This document shows positions 34,349 to 47,232 of a stretch of 64,000 nt of DNA, piece by piece (within the stretch, counting starts at the first letter, position 1; each line of letters opens with the position of its first letter). Where the stretch lies: positions 372,001 through 436,000 of the forward strand of contig CDROCS010000463.1 in NCBI GenBank assembly GCA_977020255.1, written 5' to 3'. Origin of the DNA: Obrimoposthia wandeli (taxonomy: Eukaryota). Both the position numbers and the translations under genes were made by a program. Under the pieces are notes generated by a model. That model made no database searches, was not told the DNA's origin, and saw nothing but the letters and a program-made list of their open reading frames with translations.

Positions 34349-37300
34349 ATTAACAGTCATGTTGGGCGCATTTAGTACACATTAATTATCGAATTTTAGG
34401 ATATACTACTTTTACTAACTTCATTTTCTGTTTATTAATTTAATGTGTGTTAATTCAATAATTTTCTCTAATAATATCACTTTTTCAAACGTTTTAGGTA
34501 TATATTACAATTTCTTTACACCTTTTCAAAAATAAGTAGTTTTGACAGGTATAAAAGTTAACAACATTTTGAAAGTGGTGCTGCAAAAAAGGAAAGCAAG
34601 GGACGTAAGAAAATGGAAAGCCAGGAAATTGCAAAAATTCGTCGAGTGACAGATTTGTTTGGCTTGTACATCTGCTGAATCATTAAGTTGTATCTTTAAG
34701 CTGTCAGAATTAAACTTTGGGATATTATAGATTTATCTCAACTACGTAAGAAAATGACATCGGCTTATGGCCAAATCATTTAACAAAATAGTAGTGTACA
34801 TTGTACAGTGTATGAAAGCTGCTCGAAATAAAATTACAATTATAGACAAAATTGTGCCTAATATATTGGATAATTTAAGAAAACTATCAATAAAATGATA
34901 TAAATTATTTAACATGGGAACTTTTCCAAATTTCGTTGTTTTGTTCATTTAGACGACACAGGAATAATCGATATTTCCAGAATCACACACCTAAATTTGC
35001 TTCACTATTTGTCACGTGACAAATAGTGCATCCGAAACGAAATAGGAAAACATTCTCCAATGTATTTTAAGAATCTCACTATTTGACACATTTTCGGAAG
35101 TATATTTATGTATAACTTTTCACGATTTTGCATAAATTAAAAAATCTGTTAAATGAATGAATAACATTTTTTAAATCAAAGATTGTTGACAAAAGAAATA
35201 TTTCATATTTTTAAAATTTGTGAAAAAAACGCAAATATTTAGAAGGAATAAATTCAAAAAAAACTAATTTGGATTACACATAAATACTTTTATGAAGAAC
35301 ATCTTGATTTGAAATTGAAAGAGCATATCGAACCGCTTATTAGCAAAATAAGAAGTATGATAAGGATTTTTCAAAAATCTAAATCAAAATAAGACGTTTC
35401 CATTTTTTATACAGAAAAATTGGGGTCTAAAGAAACTAATCGAAACTTGAAACCTTAGTTATTCATTTATACTAGCTTTTTATAGTTCAACATAATGAAC
35501 GATTCTTAAATTGTGGCATAAGTTTCTAATTAAAACTTGACAAGACGCATTCTTTGAGGCAATACTAAATCTACTGTTTATACCTATTTTATTTATAACA
35601 TTTTCAATCATCGCAGAAAGTTGACATATTAACATAAACTATGAATAAATTTATAGGGATAAAAAAGTTTCATGGATAGTTTTATACATCATTTAGATAT
35701 TACCAAATAATTGACATATTTTACCTGGTATATAACAAAGATAACATTTATTTGGCTAATTCTATCAAATCAAGTCATCCCTGACTATCTTGGTGTTGAC
35801 TAGATGACAAGTCAGTACTTCAGCAAATCTTCCTTTCTTCTTCATGTTCATCCAGGCACGACTATGAGCAAGTTTCCATATTTATGTAGTTTAACAAACT
35901 ATACTCTAATCCATTGACGGTAGTGTCATATATTTCTCGGAAATAACCGATTTGTCTCAAGACCAAAATTGGTACTCTGAACCGTATTTAAATTTTGTAT
36001 TATCTGAACCTTGTTTCAAAATATTTGTCCCAATTAGCGTAGTCGAGGAAGAACTCTGTTTCCAGCCATATATATATAAGATTAGGTATTTTACTCATTT
36101 TTGTATATTGTAATAATTCAATTTAAAAGTTAATTGAAATTTGTCGATCACTTGGAATGTTTAATGCACATAAATCGTTTTAATAAATTAACAAACATTT
36201 AATTATCGTAATTGTTCATTTAATTCTAAAATTGTAACATTAAATGTAAAATTAATTTACCGAATTTTATTTAAAAAATTCCGTATAAGTGTATTACAAA
36301 CATTAATACTTTTTTTTTTGAATTTTTAAAATATAAAAGGTTGGAATAAATAAAATTGTATAACTTATTTGCAAACCACATAAATAATTGCACAAATCAT
36401 ATTTACAACATTATCTTTTATATTCATAGGTTTTAACCAAATTTGGAAATTACGTAATTCAGTTTAAAACAAAATATTCAATATTTGAAACAACTTTTAT
36501 AATACACATTTGTCAGTAGTATGTCGTACGGAATAGTCCGAATAAGAAATATCTACGCTGTAAATAGGAAACATATTCATTACCGGAAACATTTCCAATC
36601 TATCGTATATTCAGAACTTTGTATTCTTAACTTGTAGCTTTATTTGGCTAATAAGAGAATTAAAATGGTATAACACCACAATATTTAAAGTGATAATGTC
36701 ACCTGACTATTTGAAAACATATATAAAATACTCGACTAATAATTGTTCTTCACAGCGGATTCAATTTAATGATGAATGCTTATTGCGTCTCATACGTGAC
36801 AAGGGTTTTTCACTTTAGCAGACTGTGATCATAGTCAACCATTTTTATAAAATGAATATATTTTTAAAATATTTTCATTAATATAAATTCTTCTAGTTTA
36901 TAAAAATCATATCTGTTGTGTTTCTGTGATTTCGGACTTATTATTTATGTTCGGACACACCAGCGTTTATAATTATATAATTTATCAAGCATTTTTTAAG
37001 AATTATATACCTTCAGTTAATGTATAATTTTAAGATAGTATATGTATACATTTAAGCTTTGCTTTAAAATTTTAATTTATAATGCTTTGCTTTATTTTAG
37101 TAGAATAGAATGAATAACATTATATGAATGAATAACAATTAAGATTATTCTTTTTTTTTATTTCATAGATTCTTTTTTAATTTACTGGCCGCATCTTGTG
37201 TATGGACTCATGTGGAGGACTCACAGAGTAAATGTAAGGCGGCTTTGAAATAAAAAAATATGTCCCGGGAAATGAATGATTTTTTTGGGTCCAAAAAAAA

Positions 37301-40300
37301 AACAAGTAATCTTATTTCTATTACATACAGTAATAATTTTAAAGTTGAATTTCTTTACTCCATCAATTGCATTTTTGGCAAGGTCACGTTCTATTGAAAG
37401 TATTGTAGGGTCAGTTAACCTTAACATGAGATATCTTTTGATCAACTTTAGTTTCAAAGAGCGCTCTTAGATCGCAACATAAATTACCCTTTTCAAAAAC
37501 ACACAGCAACACAACACTAAAATATATTTTCTCTTTGCGTGATTTTTAAAAAACCATCTTCATTTCTATTTTTGGAATGCACTGCACCGCTTTGTTTGCT
37601 TGCTTCATTCGTGAAAGAAATCAAAAAATATTTATCAATCCAAGACAGGTGCCTCATTGACAATATCTTATAGATGGTGATTTTCGGTCTACGAATAGTT
37701 ACATTTTGCTTCCAACTTCGCTTTAACACACTACACTTCTTCACAATTCCAATTTGAGAAGAGACACGAGATGATAAACTTATAATACACAAGGTTAGCA
37801 GAATGGAGTTGATCGGCAATTAAGGGTCTCCTGGATGCTATGTAAAGCACACATACCATTCGACATGATGAAGAAATCAATAAGATTATTTTTCGAACAC
37901 TACCTTTTTTTACTATAATTTTGATAACTTGTCAGAAGTCGGGCAGCCACAGTTTTACTTTTAGCAACTACGTAATGACTGATCAAGATTTCAACGAAAA
38001 TAATTCAAATATATTTAGATTTAATATACTGCTACTCACAGTCCAAAAAGTAAGTAGTGTGACACATCGTAAAATTTTAACGATGTATACTTTTATTTTC
38101 GAAATGCGTATCGCATTTCTACAATGCACCGTTAATTTTCACAATTCAAAAAATGCCACCCTAAGAATGCTCCGCCCGCACATATCATACCATCCACCCT
38201 AAGTACGCCTCTGATTAACAGTCATGTTGGGCGCATTTATTTACATTAATTATCGAATTTTAGGATATACTACTTTTACTAACTTCATTTCTGTTTATTA
38301 ATTTAATGTGTGTTAATTCAATAATTTTCTCTAATAATATCACTTTTTCAAACGTTTTAGGTATATATTACAATTTCTTTACCCTTTTCAAAAATAAGTA
38401 ATTTTGACGGAGTATAAAAGTTAACAACATTTTGAAAGTGGTGCTGCAAAAAAGGAAAGCAAGGGACGTAAGAAAATGGAAAGCCAGGAAGTCACAAAAA
38501 ATTCGTCGAGTGAAGATTTGTTTGGCTTGTACATCTGCTGAATCATTAAGTTGTATCTTTAAGCTGTCAGAATTAAACTTTGGGATATTATAGATTTATC
38601 TCAACTACGTAAGAAATGACATCGGCTTATGGCCAAATCATTTAACAAAATAGTAGTGTACATTGTACAGTGTATGAAAGCTGCTCGAAATAAAATTACA
38701 ATTATAGACAAAATTGTGCCTAATATATTGGATAATTTAAAGAAAACTATCAATAAAATGATATAAATTATTTAACATGAGACTTTTCCAAATTTCGTTG
38801 TTTTGTTCATTTAGACGACACAGGAATAATCGATATTTTCAGAATCACACCTAAATTTGCTTCGCTATTTGTCACGTGACAAATAGTGCATCAAGAAACA
38901 AAATGGGAAAACATTCTCCAATGTATTTTAAGAATCTCACTATTTGACACATTTTTTGGAAGTATATTTATGTATAACTTTTCACGATTTTGCATAAATT
39001 AAAAATCTGTTAAATGAATGAATAACATTTTTAAATCAAAGATTGTTGACAAAGAAATATTTCATATTTTTAAAATTTGTGAAAAAAACGCAAATATTTA
39101 GAAGGAATAAATTAAAAAAAACTAATTTGGATTACACATAAATACTTTTATGAAGAACATCTTGATTTGAAATTGAAAGAGCATATCGAACCGCTTATTA
39201 GCAAAATAAGAAGTATGATAAGGATTTTTCAAAATCTAAATCAAAAATAAGACGTTTCCATTTTTATACAGAAAAATTCAGGGGTCTAAAGAAACTAATC
39301 GAAACTTGAAACCTTAGTTATTCATTTATACTAGCTTTTTATAGTTCAACATAATGAACGATTCTTAAATTGTGGCATAAGTTTCTAATTAAAACTTGAC
39401 AAGACGCATTCTTTGAGGCAATACTAAATCTACTGTTTATACCTATTTTATTTATAACATTTTCAATCATCGCAGAAAAGTTGACATATTAACATAAACT
39501 ATGAATAAATTTATAGGGATAAAAGTTTCATGAATAGTTTTTATACATCATTTAGATATTACCAAATAATTGACATATTTTACCTGGTATATAACAAAGA
39601 TAACATTTATTTGGCTAATTCTATCAAATCAAGTCATCCCTGACTATCTTGGTGTTGACTAGATGACAAGTCAGTACTTCAGCAAATCTTCCTTTCTTCT
39701 TCATGTTCATCCAGGCACGACTATGAGCAAGTTTTCCATATTTATGTAGTTTAACAAACTATACTCTAATCCATTGACGGTAGTGTCATATATTTCTCGG
39801 AAATAAAACCGATTTGTCTCAAGACCAAAATTGGTACTCTGAACCGTATTTAAATTTTTGTATTATCTGAACCTTGTTTCAAAATATTTGTCCCAAATAG
39901 CGTAGTCGAGGAAGAACTCTGTTTAATATATATAAGAATTAGGTATTTTACTCATTTTTGTATATTGTAATAATTCAATTTTAAAAGTTAATTGAAATTT
40001 GTCGATCACTTGGAATGTTTAATGCACATAAATCGTTTTAATAAATTAACAAACATTTAATTATCGTAATTGTTCATTTTAATTCTAAAATTATATTAAA
40101 TGTAAAATTAATTTACCGAATTTTTATTTAAAAAATTCCGTATACCAAATTGTTACAAACATTAATAACTTTTTTTTAATTTTTAAAATATAAAAGGTTG
40201 GAATAAATAAAAATTGTATAACTTATTTGCAAACCACATAAATAATGCACAAATCATATTTACAACATTATCTTTTATATTCATAGTTTTTAACCAAATT

Positions 40301-41315
40301 TGGAAATTACGTAATTCAGTTTAAAACAAAATATTCAATATTTGAAACAACTTTTATAATACATTTGTCAGTAGTATGTCGTACGGAATAGTCCGAATAA
40401 GAAATATCTACGCTGTAAATAGGAAACATATTCATTACCGGAAAAACATTTCCAATCTATCGTATATTCAGAACTTTGTATTCTTAACTTGTAACTTTAT
40501 TTGGCTAATAGAGAATTAAAATGGTATTAACACCACAATATTTAAAGTGATAATGTCACCTGACTATTTGAAAACATATATAAAAAACTCGACTAATAAT
40601 TGTTCTTCACAGTTCAATTTAATGATGAATGCTTATTTACGTCTCATACGTGACAAGGGGTTTTCCTCTTTAGCAGACTGATCATAGTCAACCATTTTTA
40701 TAAAATGAATATATTTTTAAAATATTTTCATTAATATAAATTCTTCTAGTTTTATAAAAATCATATCTGTTGTGTTTCTGTGATTTCGGACTAATTATTT
40801 ATGTTCGGACACACCAGCGTTTATAATTATATAATTTATCAAGCATTTTTTAAAAATTTCATATACCTTCAGTTATATGTATAATTTTAAGATACATTTT
40901 AGCTTTGCTTTAAAAATAATTTATAATCTGTAGAATAAAAATTTATATGAATGAATAACATTATTTTAATCAAAGATAAACGCAAGTATTTTGAAGAAGA
41001 TTTCATAGATTCTTTTTTTAATTTACTGGCCGCATCTTGTGTATGGACTCATGTGGAGGACTCACAGAGTAAATGTAGAGCGGCGTTGAAATCATAAAAT
41101 CTGTTCCGTGAAATGAATGACTTTTTGAGGTCCAAGAAAAAACAACACTAAAATATATTTTCTCTTTGCGTGATGAATTTTAAAAACCATCTTCATTTCT
41201 ATTTTTGGAATGCAGCACCGCTTTGTTTTGCTTGCTTCATTCGTGAAAGAAATCAAAAAATATTTATCAATCCAAGACAGGTGCTTCATTGGTATCTTAT
41301 AGATGGTGATTTTTC
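32931..41315. repeat. Tandem segmental duplication with a ~3.86-kb unit (two full copies plus a partial third)
   Basis: Unit starts TACGTGACAAGG at 32931, 36793 and 40647. Copies are near-identical apart from small indels. Confidence 0.95.
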
Positions 41316-41494
41316 GAACTTGCTATGATTTTATGTGTTGTATGAGTTGTTGAGTTGGATGAGTTTTTTTAATGTAAGTCACCAATGCTGTAGTAGAATG
41401 ACCATTAAAATATATAGACGTTCATCCCCACCTCACACTTCTTGAGAACATCGTTTAATAGTAACAGCACACAGAATCGATAGACAACACTCAC

Positions 41495-41759
41495 TGGGAT
41501 CGTAGGTGAACTGGCGCACGACAATGCCTGTCTCCAGATCCACGATGCAGATCCGGCCATCAGCTGTTCCCAGCACTATCTCATGTGATCTGTGCTCCAG
41601 TAGTTGAACTGTGCTGATGCACCGATCCGGACACAGATCCCACTCATGCACTTGCTCCAGACAGCAACTGGTATTGGGGGTTTCTGAGGTGCTGTCGTCA
41701 GTGCGCCACACCATGACCTTCCCGTCACTGGCACCCGTTACCAGGCGAGAGCTGCTCTT
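41495..41759 (-). CDS. STRN: Striatin exon 7 (WD40)
   Basis: KSSSRLVTGASDGKVMVWR...GTADGRICIVDLETG. CAG acceptor and GTGAGT donor. Confidence 0.88.
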
Positions 41760-42049
41760 CTGGCGTAACCGATTAGTGACTTACTCGATGAAGAAGGAAG
41801 CAAAATAAATTATGGGCGAAGTCGAACTTGTAAAATATTTACTAAAGATTGTTTTTACAAAGATCCTGGGTGATATTCCCGGAGGAAGTTGAAGGCGAGG
41901 GGGTGATTTTCTAGTTAATAAGTAAAATGTACCACAATCCATAGTTCAAAACTAAACTTGATGAATCGACAGTGCAAAATAACAAGGCATTGTTGACGAG
42001 GAAATATTGTTTTACAATCATATCGTGACTGACCCTACTGCAGCCCCAA

Positions 42050-43290
42050 TTTACTGCAAAATGAAAGACTACTTCGACATCCATGAGATTCCAATGTCAT
42101 CCATAATATCTTGCCTAATCGATGATGAGCAAACGGATGGAAGAGGACAACCACAACATGCTGTCAATTCGCTATAAAAGTTTGGCTACGCAAAATATAT
42201 CCGGTGAATTGCATCGGTTACGGAACATTGTTATTGGGTGCATCAACTTAATAAAGGCAAATTCCCATCAAGATAATATTTTCCAAACATTTTACCGAGT
42301 TATATAGGAATCACGCGACCAAATACGGCTACATACAGCAGTATGGTGGTTATCACTCGGTGTTTGCCTATATCGGCTGATAGAAATTAACTATACCATT
42401 GTGACATTTCAATTGAGGAGCCTGTAACCGAAATCCTTGGGGCACCATACACAACATACTTAGTATTATAATTATAATCTCACAATAAACTAATTGATTG
42501 AATGTTTGTACCTGTATGATTGCATAAGTAATTATCTCCATATTAATGCACAACTACCTGCATTTCACCACAGTGCGCTTTACTTAGAAGAGCACACAGA
42601 ACGAGGTCAGCAGATTTGGTGTTTAATACATTTTGAATTATTATACAGTTTTAATACATAGTAAGCTATTTTGATGACATTCGTGGAATACTCAATATTC
42701 TCAATAAAGAGTTACAGGGTTCACATTCCACCCTATTGCAAACTAAAACCAAGATATTTTCTTTTATGTCTAAGCTTGTGTTATCGAAGAAAATGATTGC
42801 CCGACAAGACTTCAATCCGTTGCATCAGGCGGCAAAAGTATCAGAAGAAGTGACAACTGTTATTACAGAACATTTGCAAATGCGCATAGCATTTAAAAGT
42901 CATTTTGCCGATTTAGTGAATTTATCATCACCCCTTGGTACATTGGTACTGATTATATAGAACTGTATATAATTGTGGGAACTTCAAAACAACGAATTAG
43001 CTAAAGACCAGAACCACATAAAACACGTTCTTGTGTAGTTCTTTCTTCGGCTCTTTCTTCTTTTTTAGAAAAATATCAATGGAGCCAATTATCTGCTCAT
43101 TTTGCACGCGCATTAAGATACTTTACAAATATGACCTTTCATGAATGTTAGGTGGTTTGGGACCCTGGTCTGCCTCCTTTGAACTTTTTGTGTGAGGACA
43201 TATTAATACAATGGAAAACCATCGAAGAAAGTAAAGATACCATTCCCTTTGAAGCACAGAATATCACAACATAAAGGTGCACAAACGCCA
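42050..43290 (+). pseudogene. hAT (Buster/Charlie-like) transposase remnant
   Basis: Fragments CINLIKANSHQDNIF, LHTAVWWLSLGVCL (compare LHTEVRWLSRG) and QTKTKIFSFMSKL. Boundaries approximate. Confidence 0.65.
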
Positions 43291-43478
43291 TTCACTTTTA
43301 AAGAACGTCATAATAAATGTTTACTTTTAGATGATACAAATATTGATTAAAAACTTTGAAGTTTGTTTTATTTGTTGGCAAATAAATTGTTTGCTTACTT
43401 TATAAATTTCTTTCTTTTTTATTTAATTGAAATTGAAAATCCCTCGTCTACGTTTCGATCAATCTAAAGCCTACCCAC

Positions 43479-43622
43479 CTGATAGGCCAGACTCCACACT
43501 GAAGCCGCTTGTTGTCTTGTAACGGACTGTAAATTAGCATGAGAATACTCATCGTAGAGATCTTTGCAGTAAGGGATTTTCCAAGCCTTTACCGCTCCAT
43601 CAAGATCACTTGAGTAGAGAAC
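43479..43622 (-). CDS. STRN: Striatin exon 6 (WD40); not in the ORF track
   Basis: VLYSSDLDGAVKAWKIPYCKDLYDEY...ASVWSLAYQ matches striatin (DPYDSY..DAVWGLAY). 144 bp, phase 0/0. Confidence 0.9.
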
Positions 43623-44726
43623 CTGAGGAAACACAATGGGTTTTTTTCATAAAAATATCCGGGAATTTGTGTTTGACTCGCAACATACCTACTTACAAAT
43701 GAACAGATATATTAATTAATTTTTCGATAAATTTAGATTACAATTTTGATGATATTCTAAAAATACCATTTCTTTCACATTTATAGCATAACATAAAATC
43801 TTAAATTTGTAAAGAAATAATTTAGCAATAAAAGATAAACGAAAAGGATATCACTTTTATAATTAACTTTCAGAGAGTATTAATGTGAGATTAACACGAA
43901 ATATCTGTTGTCGATATGCTACCGGCAATCTGGGTAATCAGCCAATACCGGTGATGCCTACCCTACCGTAAATCCCGTATTTAGAAAACTGATTATATAT
44001 TTGTAAGAGCAAATAGGGAACAGGTTTAATGTAGATTAAAGGAATGTTAGTCAACTTAATAACTTAAGTATCCAATTTCTATTCAGCCATTGAGTCTAGG
44101 ATTACAAATATTATATCATTTTACAGCTTGTTTATTGAATTTTTATTCTGATAATATTTTTATGCAGTCATTTTAATATTCAGATTTTATTAATTATAAA
44201 ATGGAGTATGACAACATTGTTTTTCGTGGATTTATACGTCAATATTGAAAGAAAGACATAGCAGCAATTGAAACCAGCAAAATTACATGCAAACTAGAAG
44301 ATGCTGACAACGTAAAATAGTACAAAGATGGTTCAGAAAAATCAATTTTAGATGCATATTTTTCAGATGACTCCATCAAAAGTTATGTTGAAGAAAATTC
44401 ATGTACAAGGGTCAGAAAATATCAGATGCGTTGAAAATTCCATGTGCAAGTATTTTTAAAGAACTTAATAGACATTGGAAAATCAAAACGCTGTTATTGA
44501 AAAGTTTCTTTTGGTTTGACAAATGAAGCAGTAAGAGAATGGATAAATGCAAAAATCTGCGGGAGTATACCATTAATGACAGATTTTAGATAAGGATAGT
44601 AATATTAGATTTGTGCATTTATCCGTAAGGGAATCAGGTTAATATTCCCGAACTCGAACACGGATATATGGCCCCTTTTTCATCTAAATTGACACCTACG
44701 TCTACAATTTCTATCATTAGGTAATG

Positions 44727-45062
44727 GAAATTTGATACGTAAGCCGGTCTGTTCACCAGACACCTAATGTTAGTTTCAGGCAATCTCAGAAAACCAATAA
44801 ATCATTATAAAGTTGCAGAGAATTAAAGAAAAATTCATTTTTTAACCTGAAATTTTCCCTTCACTCAGATATTTAAAGTTTACACTGCTCTGAAATGAAA
44901 TTTGATACGTAAGCCGGTCTGTTCACCAGACACCTAATGTTAGTTTCAGGCAATCTCAGAAAACCAATAAATCATTATAAAGTTGCAGAGAATTAAACAA
45001 AAATTCATTTTTTAACCTGAAATTTTCCCTTCACTCAGATATTTAAAGTTTACACTGCTCTG
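44727..45062. repeat. Two-copy ~170-bp tandem duplication
   Basis: GAAATTTGATACGTAAGCCGG...TACACTGCTCTG at 44727 and 44897. Confidence 0.95.
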
Positions 45063-45881
45063 TGTAAATGTACAGGGTGCTGAGAAAGTTCCCGATCAAA
45101 TTTTGAAAATTGAATTAAATATATTATTATTTAACTAAATTTATCCATTTTTGGCTTATTTTGTTTGTAGATACATATATTTATGTTTCAGATCCAAATT
45201 TCCTAAAATTTAATTAGTATTTGTATATTTCATTGGTGAAGAAATGATATTGGGATTGAGAAATGTGGATTATCTGTACAGCATTGAAACGATTTTAGGA
45301 AATATTTTCATAATAACGGATGTCAGTTTAGAAGCAGCTAAGCTAAGTTGAGGCTCTAAGCCATACAATGTCTCACAGGAAGCCCTTCCAATTCCTGAAT
45401 GAAGTTGTACGCACAGAATCTTTCCAATATATTTTTAAAAATACATAAGAAATATCTAATGAACACAGAATATTTTCAAAAAAAACATTTGAATAACCAG
45501 AATCAGGCATTGCCGATATTAGCTGAAAATCACACCGACAAGCAGACACACATAAGCGACCTGATAACATTTATGTTATGACATTAAGAGAGGAAGAGTT
45601 GCAAAAGCTATCCAATAATCAAGAAGACCGAATATTTAAAAATTATTGTACAAATAAGTATAATATTATAACACTGTATCTCGAATTGACAGAATATAGG
45701 CACGTATAAAACTATATTGAATAGTTTCCCATTTATGAAAAACTAGAAAGAGTGCCTGCGTGAAAGTTTGATAATGTGTAGTATAACATTAGATTCTGGT
45801 GCTTTATAAATATATCTTATCTTATACATCAATTTATAGTACAATGATAAATTATAATCCACGTATTCAAAATGTTTTTAG

Positions 45882-46400
45882 AAAGATCTTCTAATAATAT
45901 AAGTGGAGTAAACGTTTCATTAATTTATCCCTTCTTAATAATCAAAATATTTTAAAAATGTAAAAGGTCTGCCTGGCCATTGAAACTGAAACCTTTTCAT
46001 GTTTGAAGACATGAAGTGGATATAAAATATCTTCTAATAATATAAGTGGAGTAAACGTTTCATTAATTTATCCCTTCTTAATAATCAGAATATTTTAAAA
46101 ATGTAAAAGGTCTGCCTGGTTTGAAGACATGAAGTGGATATAAAAGATCTTCTAATAATATAAGTGGAGTAAAAGTTTCATTAATTTATCCCTTCTTAAT
46201 AATCAGAATATTTTAAAAATGTAAAAGGTCTGCCTGGTTTGAAGACATGAAGTGGATATAAAAGATCTTCTAATAATATAAGTGGAGTAAAAGTTTCATT
46301 AATTTATCCCTTCTTAATAATCAGAATATTTTAAAAATGTAAAAGGTCTGCCTGGTCATTGAAACTGAAACCTTTTCGTGTTTGAAGACATGAAGTGGAT
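45882..46400. repeat. Minisatellite of four units (143/118/118/~140 bp)
   Basis: AAAGATCTTCTAATAATATAAGTGGAG starts at 45882, 46025, 46143 and 46261. The middle units share a 25-bp deletion. Confidence 0.95.
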
Positions 46401-46882
46401 AATATCTTTAGTACAATAGCAATTACTACGGATTACAAAATATTTTCAACATATTTGACTACGAATTTCTTTAACGATTATAAGTACTGTTTGTCCTGTA
46501 AACTAACAGGAATATACCATTGCAGTTCCAAAAAATATATCCTTCCTAATCAGGAATACTACAATACAAAAATTACAGTTGTTCTTTAGGACCAGTAGCT
46601 AAGACGCGTCCAAAGTTTGCGTTGAAATATTATTCGAACTTGTTACCGCTATGTAGATAACTTGCTTACATATACAGCTGACTTATTCTTTCTCTTTCAG
46701 TTTATTGTCGTTACTTTCAGCCAGAGTGGTTGTGAACAGAGAATGGCCTCATCAAGACCAAAGTAAAATTTTTAAAACAATCTTAAAACAAATTTTTTTT
46801 TACTGTTTTTAAATGGGCTTACCAACGTTAAATAGACAATCTGCCCTTATTTTAATCTACAGGAGACTGAGTCTGTACTCAC

Positions 46883-47232
46883 GTCGTTGGACGCGACAGT
46901 GAGAGCTAGAACCGGAGCAACGTGGCCTCTGAAGGTGTGGAGTGGCTCCAGCTCAGCAATGGCAGCACTGGACGCCTTCTTACGCGAAGAGCCAGGCCGG
47001 ACATTGTTGGCAGCAGCTAGATCCCACAACTTTAGGCAACCGTCCTCACTACCAGAGAAGAGCTGCAGTGGAGCTCCAGACTCATCGGCACCGGGATGGA
47101 ATCCTACACAGCGTACCGCATCGAAGTGGCTCCGCAAAGTGAACTTGGCACTCCATACCACAGAACTGGCGGTCACTGCCGCTGAGGATCGAGCCTGTTT
47201 GCTCTCTTCGCTGCCGCCACCGTGTACTCCTT
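46883..47232 (-). CDS. STRN: Striatin exon 5 (start of the WD40 domain)
   Basis: WSAKFTLRSHFDAVR..SEDGCLKLW..EPLHTFRGH. The acceptor at 47233-47234 is chosen for phase; an alternative AG lies at 47255-47256. Confidence 0.92.
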
